Shown here: one piece after another, positions 54,601 through 64,000 of the stretch
Layout of the letters: the number at the start of each line of letters is the position of its first letter
Numbering within the stretch: position 1 is the first letter of the stretch
From: Blastocystis sp. Blastoise
Lineage: Eukaryota > Protista > Bigyra: Opalinata
NCBI GenBank assembly: GCA_039096225.1
Contig: JBBPEB010000013.1
Coordinates: 1,674,001 to 1,738,000, forward strand
Length of the DNA: 64,000 nucleotides
Reading direction: 5' to 3'
The notes under the pieces: model-generated
Told to the model about the DNA's origin: nothing
The model's input: only the letters and a program-made list of their open reading frames with translations
Database searches by the model: none
Position numbers and translations under genes: made by a program

Positions 54601-57600
54601 AAGTAGGTTGTATATTATGATCTATATTGACACGATTAATTTCTATTCCATTTATATATATAATTATACCAGCATATGTAGCACCAGTTATATCAAATCT
54701 ATATGTTTCTATTGGTATATCTTCTATAGTATAATGTATTCTATAATATTGAGTAATACTATCTTCAGGTATATTAGGAAGAAAAGAAGAAGAAGGAACA
54801 GTTGACCATAAATAATCATTAAATAAATTAGTATTCCAATGTTTTGGAGGATTCGAATTAGCATAAGAATACGTAATAGGCATTGTTGAAGAATCAACAT
54901 AATTATTCATAAATAAAAGAGCAAAATTCATCAAATTTAATTCATCATAATATTTATTATTCACATAAATATAAGATATAGTTCCAATTTTATAATTATC
55001 ACTTACTAACCAAATAGAATAAGAATTCGGTTGTAAACATAAATTAATAGTATCTTGATTTTGAGGATGATGAAATATTTTTTCATATATAATTGATCCA
55101 TAATCATAACTAACAGTAAATATATAATCAGCATTTATATCAAAATTAAACTGAACATTTAAGAGAAATTGTGGTGTAGAACATGATTGTACTTGAAATA
55201 CTAATGGATATTCTTTTAATATACCAAAAATAGATATAGCTTGAATCTTATAATAATTATATCCAATAATTCCATTATAGATACCATCAATGCATCCAGT
55301 ATTAGAATCAAATGTTATTCCATCAGGAAGAGGAGGAGATATAGTAAAATCATGATAATATTCTGAATTCTTGAAATAAATTGAAAGTGTTATATTATTA
55401 TATATTTTATAAGGATTAGAAGAAGTCATTAAAGGTGGTAATGTTTCAGGTGTAATATTATCAATATAGAAATTAATTCCATTAATATAACAATAAGTAA
55501 TTTCATTATTGACAAGACTAGATATATTAAAAAATAATGTATTTATTCCAGTAGTAACATTAGAAAGAAGATAACATTTAGTAATTGGACCATTTATATA
55601 AGAAAATGCATTTGATACTTGTGAATGTATATGATAATTATTACTATTATCTATAGAATAAACTATCCATGATGAAGGAGAATGTTTAAAATTAGTATCA
55701 AAAGCAGGTGTAATACAATATTTTGAAATATATTTATATCCATCTTTACTTTTTATTGTTAATATTTGATAATTATTATTTGAATAATCACGATTACTAT
55801 CAACTGAAAAAGAATCAAAATCAGTTATATGATTATCATAATTTATACTTCCATCTTTCATAATAATACCATATTCTCCATAAATAGGAAGATTAGAATC
55901 AGCAATTATTAGAAGAGAAGCATCAAAAGATATATCAATAGTATGTTTGTTATCATATATTAAAACAGAAATAATAATATCTTGTTTATTATCAAATAAT
56001 GAGATAGGAGCTGTTGTAGTTTCAGTAATAATAGTTGTTATATCTGTTGATTCTTCATATCCTTCTTGAAAACCATATATAGCTATTTCATGTTCATTTA
56101 TATAGATTTTAGAATTTGATAATGTTTTATAATTTAATATAAATCCATTTTGATTGTTAATAAAAGGATTAATAAAAGTTTTACGAAATACAAAAAATTG
56201 ATTAGAAGAAGTAATAGGAATAGAAGAAGAAGCAATAGTAGAACTCCAAGTAGAATCAGTAATAGAAGATCCATACCATTCTAATGGTTTTTCATTATAT
56301 ATATTATATTTCCATTCAGATTGCATTAAAAATGAGAAATTTGTATTTATAGAATAAGTTTCTGATACATGAATAATAGTTCTCATTTTTGAAATAATTA
56401 AATAAGTATTTGTATTTGTATCAAGAATAGATATAATCATGTAAGAATCTCTATACCATGTATTGATATCTAATGCTATTAATTGAAATGACCATATACC
56501 AATAGGTCCATAATAATCATAATTCTTATTATTATTATCACCTTGAGTTAATATACCTATAGTATTACGATCTTGAGATCTTATAATAACTTTTTCATAT
56601 TCAGATTGACTTGTAGTGACTCTATTAATTCGAATATGTGAACAACTATTAGAATTACAAATTGTTTTTAGTTGTATATTTATAGAATCAGAATATTCTT
56701 GATTATTATCTAAATATTTATAAGATAAAGAATATCGTGTAAGAGATGTTATTTTTAATGGTTTACCGGAAAGAATACAAGTAGAAGATAATATTAATCC
56801 TTCAGGTAATTTAGGAGATATGGCACAATTGGAGAGTGTAAGAGATAATTCTGAAGAAAAGTCAATAGATTCTATTTCTTCAAATGTATTTAATGTATAT
56901 TGTTTAGTATCTTGTAAACGTCTAGATATTCGAGCAGGAGAGATAGAAGAAGAAGGAAGAAGAAGTAATTGTATAGAAATTATATGAAATAAAGAAGAAG
57001 ATGAAATCATATCAAATTTATAATATTTATATTGTTGACTAATAGAAGAAAATTTAAATAATGTTACATCAGTTATAGGAGAAGCAGTATCTAATAATAT
57101 CCAATTATTATTATTTTCTTCATTAGAACCAAATATTTTCCATTCTTTTAATACATTATTCTTATCCAATTGAAGTCTATATCCATTTATATATAGAGGA
57201 GAAATAGTAGATATATAGAAAGAAGCATGATTAGAATAGATAGTAATTGGTTTCTTATTATTTTCATTGAGAATAGTATTACAAATAGATTGAGATAAAA
57301 GAGAAGACGTAGAACAACCAATAGAAAGAGGAGACATAATACTCAAATAATCTATATTAAATAATGTAGAATAATAATATAATAAGTAATTTAGAATCAT
57401 AATATAATTTAGAATAATAAAATAATAAATAATGTAGAATAATAAAAAAATAAATAATGTAGAATAATAATATAATAAGTAGTTTAGAATAATAATATAA
57501 TAAGTAGTTTAGAATAAACAAAATATATAATTATATATATACCTGTTGAATGATTACTATAAGTAAGAACATCAAAAGAAGAAAGAAGTTCAGGATGATC

Positions 57601-58636
57601 AACAGTAGTATGTAATTCTATAGCTATTTTTAATGTATTAAAAGAAGAAGAGGAAGCAAATAATTCTTTAGGAACAAGAACTCTATAAAATATTATGAAT
57701 TATAAATATTACTTATATATATATTTACTGTTTATAAGTAGATATATTTTCAAGAGATTCAGAAGGAACATTCGAATTAATATCAGAATAACTATATATA
57801 TATAATATTATATATATACATAACAATAAACATACTCAGGTAATAAATAAGTATACACACGAATACCATTAACATAAACAATAAATCCACTTTGACTTTG
57901 AATAGATAATTGAAGAACAGCAAAAGAATCATCAACATTAATATCCTTTCTAAAATAAGTAGTAATTCCATTATTCTTGATTTCTTTATTTATATAATCT
58001 TCACCCCATTCATCAATTTTACTTTCCTTCCAAGACGCAGCATCGACTGAAGTAGAATATTTCCAGTCATTATTTGTAGAAAGAAGAACAGATACTAAAA
58101 TATAATTTATTAATATTAAATAATAAATATATACAGTTAAACTTTATTACTTTGGATCCATTATCAGCATCATTTAAGCGAGAGTTCACAAGAGTAATTT
58201 GATTATAAATCAATATTACACTAGAGTCTTTAGCCCAAGCTGCACCACTTCTAAGAATATAATATGTATAATACAATAAGCACAGTAACATAGAGAAATA
58301 ACTTAGAAAACATACGATGATGATAATTCCATTGAGTATTCAGTATTTCCATTTAAGCAAATGTTATGAATGACTATGGAATCTTGATCAGCAGAAGATT
58401 CGTCACGAAAAACAAAACTTTTTCTTAAGAATGATGACTCAGCATTAATAATTTGGACCTTCTCACCAGGGTTATTCGCATAAAGACGTTTGAGGATGAT
58501 TTCATGATCTCCAGAAGAGCAAGCAGAAGCGACTAAAGAGGAATGAAAAATGATGACGTCAGCTCGTTTTAAATGGAAAAAGAAATATACTCAGAGTATA
58601 TATCATGAAAACTGTGAAGTAACAGCACGATTTCAT
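51674..58636 (-). CDS. Secreted/surface multidomain protein (~2,000 aa): signal peptide, three galactose-binding-like jelly-roll modules, discoidin-like modules, three He_PIG-type Ig repeats, Cys-rich repeats
   Basis: N-terminus MKSCCYFTVFMIYTLIASA. Repeated W..W...YFRK/FRK/YYR...G.I(V/I)Y.NG pattern. Ig repeats ISPKLPEGL.L, ISPPLPDGITFD..TG.I.G and ITPSLPDGI.LD...LYGTPT. Cys-rich CAADGEWPET...CP.GY.G...R.C. TAA at 51674-51676. Confidence 0.7.
52340..52480. repeat. Imperfect intronic tandem repeat (ATAAATTTATAAATATATTT core, ~4 copies)
   Basis: Direct reading; it lies in the last intron of the surface-protein gene. Confidence 0.7.
57361..57516. repeat. Imperfect intronic tandem repeat (TAGAATAATAA core)
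   Basis: ATAATGTAGAATAATAA and ATAAGTAGTTTAGAATAA units recur several times. Confidence 0.7.
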
Positions 58637-59174
58637 TGATTTTAAAATTTTTGAATAAGAGACAACAAAAAATACTTTCTAAAACAGAATGAGAAGGATA
58701 CTGAAACTACAGAAAAGCATAAACGTTAAGGAATTAGTAGTTGTCTGTTTTAAGTATGATATTCATAAAGAAACACTAATCAAATACTAAAAACCTAACG
58801 GAACAATTTCTTCGCCCCTCAAAGAAAGGGAGTTCCATATAAAAAAGGGAAATAGAACTATTTTCATGGGAACAAAAATGATTCAGCGTCAAAAACGATT
58901 TGTTTAATATGAGAATGAAATTTTTATTTATATATGTATTTTGCAACAGTCTAATGACGTTAGTTAATGAATATGCTTTCTTAGACAATATTTACACAAT
59001 ATACATCTATTTAATATATAATTTCCAACATTTTGCTTAGCAAATTAGTGAAGAAAAATGGTAACTTTTTTAATGAAAAGAGATTACGTTATAACAAGAT
59101 CAAACATTGCATTGATTTATAATAATAATGAAATAAATAAATATAAAAGAGCAACATAGAAAAAAAGAAAAATT

Positions 59175-59193
59175 GTTGTAGTTTTTTACAAAA
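59175..59193 (+). promoter_or_regulatory. Candidate promoter element upstream of UBR copy 2
   Basis: Identical to 17345-17363, with the same 69-nt offset to the ATG. Confidence 0.55.
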
Positions 59194-59243
59194 ATATAAT
59201 ATTCTTCTTTTTCATATTGATTAGAATACTCAAACGTTCAGAA

Positions 59244-62200
59244 ATGAATGTAACAGACAACTATACATATGAGTCGATGGTTCTAGACTTTCTATCAGTA
59301 GCTCCTCAGAAAACATTTAACCTTGAAAGAGTAAATTCTTCGTTTAAGGTTTTTTATTAATATGCATAATTAGTTTATGAAAAAGTCAGCAAAGAAATAT
59401 TACGATTTAGATAATTCTCATTTAAAATTTGAAAAACAAATTGGGAAAACGAAGATTTGTTCCTATAATATTTATAAGGATGATCCTTATTATGTATGTA
59501 CAACATGTAACTTATTATCAGACACTGTCATCTGTGAAAAATGTTGGAATGAAGAAGATCACGTTGTATTTTATTTGTCATGAATATTATAAATATAACA
59601 ATATAGGGACATGAATTTAGCAGATTTATATGTGATGTGAATCAAATGTATTGTGATTGTGGAACCTATGCACTTGACTACAATGGATTTTGTGAGAATC
59701 ATAAAAAAATATGTGATCATGTTTATTCTTCAGTAAATATAAAAGCAGAGTATATATATATAATATATATTAGTTTATTTTTGAATAGTTTATATCAGTG
59801 GTATGAAACGTATTGTCATTTTTGTATCTATGCATTATTTTACTATACAAAAATATCGAAAGAAAAATACAGATTTTTAGTATGTGTTTATTATTTATGT
59901 TTAAATAAATATAAATATATATTGAATAGAAATGTATATCAATTCTAAACTCTTTAATACAACTATGTGAATCCGATCTATCTATATATACATATATATG
60001 TTCCTTCTTCTCTTCCTCTTTAAAGAAGCATAATTCTCTATTTAATAAGAAAATAGTAGACATCGACCGTTCATTTTTAACTCTTATTAATATAAAAGAT
60101 CAAGCACCTTTTATATGTATATTCTTATTTATATCTAATATCTGCGAAGATGAGAAATGTAATGTATATATATATATTATCTTTATTATATATTATACTA
60201 TTTATGCTATGTTTTTTATATTATTTATTATTTAATATATTATATTATATATTATATTTATATATTAATAATTTTAGTAGCTACTACTATTATCTCTAGA
60301 TGGCATTTGAGCAATTATTATTACTATTAACAAAAGATCCAAGATTCTTAATTCATTGTTTATCATTATATCCATTTATTATATGGTTTTCTTCAGTGTG
60401 TTTCTTGCATTTCTTTAGTATATTTTATTCTTTATATTCTTTATTACATTTATGCTATTTTTTTATTTTATTTTATTTATCTTTTAGTCTATCCTATTCA
60501 TCATTTCATTATAAATTATTTTATATTATTACCCTTAGTATTATAATAGAATAAATACTATTTTTTAATATATTTTCATGCTATTTATATATCATTATTT
60601 TTATAACTATCATTTTATATCTCCTATAATTTATATCTATTCATACTTATTATCTCTTTAGATACTATCAGCACATATAATTCCTTCTATAATCATCATC
60701 TTCTTCTGGGAACATTTTTAAATTCTTATTCTCCTTTTTTTAATTATAAACAATTTATAAATCCTTCAAACTTAGATTCTATATATATACCTCTTCTTCC
60801 TGATATTAATAAGTATATAAATAATGAAAATACAGAGAACTATGAGCAAAATTATTTCAAACTACTTTTATATACTACTTCTACAACTTTCAATCAAGCT
60901 GTTAATAATAAATGTATATATACATAATTTAAATAATTTTTTTATCTATTTAATTCTATATATATATATATATATATAATAGCATTAAACAGAAAACAAA
61001 ATATTATTCTTTTCGAAATACTATTTTATAATCTATATTCTTTATTGAAAGAAAGATCTAATTTATTTATATATATAAATATTCATGATTTATCGATAGA
61101 ACAACCATTTATGGACACTATTCTATCTATAGAAGTATGTATAAATATAGATAATTATTTTATTATTATTTTATGTATTATTCCATATTTATTATATTCA
61201 TCATATTATAAATAATACTATTATTATTCCTATCTTATTCTATATATAATCTATTAAGAATCTTCTTTCAAGTGATACAATACAGAACGATATAAATCTA
61301 TTCTTTTTCCCCATTGAAAATATTAATTTCAAATACTCTTCTTTTCTTGGTCTACAATTCATACTATCCACTATATATCAAGAAATACATTCTTTTATTT
61401 ATGTATATTTTATTATATCCATTTTTTCTATTTTTAATGAATCTCGTGTTTTTTTTTCATATTTTTTAGAAATCCACAAAAGAAGATGCATTATCTCTTC
61501 TTATACATACTTTAAATACTTATAATAATGCTATTCTTAATGATATAAAAAAATGTTATAATATAAGCAAACATATAAATCATTTCAAATTTTATATTTT
61601 TATTATTATCATCGCTATGGTACTGTATGTTTTTATTTTTTTTTTATAGTTTATTTAATAATTATGATTTTTTTTTATTCTATATTAATGAATTATATAT
61701 ATATATATAGTTCTGAGTTTCATTGTCACTTTGGTATATGTTCATTTCCTGATGATATTAAACCAATATTAATATATATATATCATATTTCTCAAAGTCA
61801 ATTTATATATTTTTATCAAATCTTAAAGAATAAGAAAAGTGATATATATATACCAATTCAAAAAACATTTTTACAAGATATTAAAAATCATTTTTTGAGT
61901 ATTATAGACTATTATGGTATACTATTACAAGTATATATTTATTATTTATAGAGTCTTTATAATTATATTTTTTTATATTATTTATATTATTTATAGAGTT
62001 TTTATATTATTATTTTTTTATATTATTTATATTATTTATATTATTTATATTATATATATTATTTTCATTTTATATATTATTCATATTATATATATGATTT
62101 CTCTATAGATAATACCTCAATATTTGCCTTCAATCGACCCTATGTCTTTATTCTTATGGTATATATATAAAGGATATAATTATTTAGAAGAGAAAGACAT

Positions 62201-64000
62201 ACTAGAAGATAACTATGCTTTTCTTAAAGATATTAGTCAATCTATTGATTCTTTTTCACTTCAAGATATATATAATAATAAGAAGAATATATGTCCATTC
62301 GTATCACATGAATATATTATACAATTACTTCTTTGTATTCAATGTGACCCTATATATACACTTCATAATTATGTATATATATATATATTGTATTCTTTAT
62401 GAATATATTACATATTTTTTATTACATTAAATATTTTGTTATTTATAGATATATTATATATATTATTATTCAATGAATGTAATTATATATGTTTATTTAT
62501 AGTATATTCCAAAGAATAAAGGATCAGTGATGTTTCTAGCATATAAATGTAATAGTTCGGATATAATAGAAACCAATTATAGCATATTAAATGATGACGC
62601 TCATACACCCTCTCTTCCTAATGTAATATATATATATATATTATTATTATTATTATTATATTATTATTTTTATTATTGTTTTATTTTTTATATAGATTAC
62701 ATTCACCATATATATATAGATATATATATATAGTATTATCATTTTTTCTCAACTAAAAATACACTTGAACCAAATGAAAATGAAAAGATAAAAATGTATA
62801 AATATAATAAAAAAATATAGTCTATTCTTATTACTATAGTTGTAATATAATTAATGAAATCAAATCTGGTGAAGATCAACATATATATAATATTTATATA
62901 TTTGCATTACTTTATTTTAATCATAATTGTTTCTACAAAGTATATATATATTATATATATTATATATATTATATATAGTCATTCTTCTATAATAATCCAG
63001 ATACTATATATATACTTCCATCAAATTATATTTCTGTGTATTTACCTATTGTATCTTTTTATTATTATTATTATATATATAGTCATTATGTCAATTCTCG
63101 CTACTATTCATCTTATTTACTTTATTATTATCATTATATAAACTCAAATAAAACTATTAATGATATTATTATAAGTGAATTTCTCCATTTAATTTATTGC
63201 TCGATTCGAAGTATATTTATAATTATATAAATATACATATATATATATATATTAGATGCAACTATTGTTTATGAAGAAATATGGATTAATCAAGATATAA
63301 ATAATGTATATATTAAGAATTATTATATATATTATTATAACTCTATTTTTTCTTTATTATATATATTATTTTTTAGTATTTAACAAAATTATTTCAACAA
63401 GAAATGACTCCCAATATTCAGCATTATTCAGCTATAATTCAGTTATTATTAAAAAAACATAAACTCTTTTCTCAGTATTATTTATAAATATATATATATA
63501 TTATGTGTTATACGTATATATAGATTAGATAAAGAACATGAATTAAATGAAAAAGTATTTATATATATATTTATATATATATTAATATAGAATGATTCTC
63601 TTTTTTTACAAAAAACTGACTCAGAATCTATTCAAGGTATTATATATATATACACATATTATATATATATATATATATATATAGATGACTGTATATGTTC
63701 ATTATGTAATAAGAAAGGAGGTCTGTTTGTTATTCCTGTTTATATAAATAACCATAATCAACAAGGTATATATATATATTTATAATATTATATGTAATAC
63801 CATTCTATAGAAACAAATATATTTCAACAAATAGTAAAAAATCATATTCAAAACTTATGTATATATATATATATATATATATTATAATATTTATTTTTTT
63901 ATGTTTAATTTACATATATTATTATATAGGTGACTTGACAACATCTATATACACATCAATTTATACTTTATATAATAGTATATATTATTGTTATCACAAT
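59244..64000 (+). CDS. UBR-box N-recognin E3 ligase, copy 2 (3' end beyond the window)
   Basis: ATG at 59244. YESMVLDFLSVA is shared with copy 1. zf-UBR CSYNIYKDDPYYVCTTC...VICEKCW..EDHV|GH...YCDCG...FCENH. RING start CSLCNKKGGLFVIPVYI at ~63696. The intron positions I checked match copy 1. Confidence 0.8.
61940..62090. repeat. Intronic (TTTATATTA)n-type repeat
   Basis: Direct reading. Confidence 0.75.

Overview
Very AT-rich, intron-dense eukaryotic DNA. Its gene families (KCTD-type BTB proteins, BTB-TLDc, a He_PIG/jelly-roll surface protein) are what I would expect in a Blastocystis-like stramenopile, but the organism is an inference. The ORF track is mostly exon fragments. Splicing GT..AG introns by hand gives about 10 loci: three intact BTB + LRR-like genes, one BTB-LRR pseudogene and one relic, a BTB-TLDc gene, two UBR-box (N-recognin) E3 ligase paralogues (the second runs off the window), a secreted multidomain surface protein, and a ~5,350-aa midasin-like gene. 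That giant gene has two possible N-terminal ubiquitin-like domains, six AAA modules, three vWA-like domains and one extra alpha/beta domain, and ends in a single 14.3-kb exon. Three signals stand out. (1) The BTB-LRR family is built from symmetric phase-1 exons carrying about one repeat each, and some of its exons are more diverged than its introns, making it a candidate diversifying cullin-3 receptor repertoire. (2) The giant AAA-vWA protein does not fit canonical midasin and sits in the same ubiquitin-system cluster. (3) Some introns consist only of GT(AT)nAG, and one has an apparent GA donor. I saw no RNA genes, CRISPR arrays or intact mobile elements. All gene models are manual and have no transcript support.
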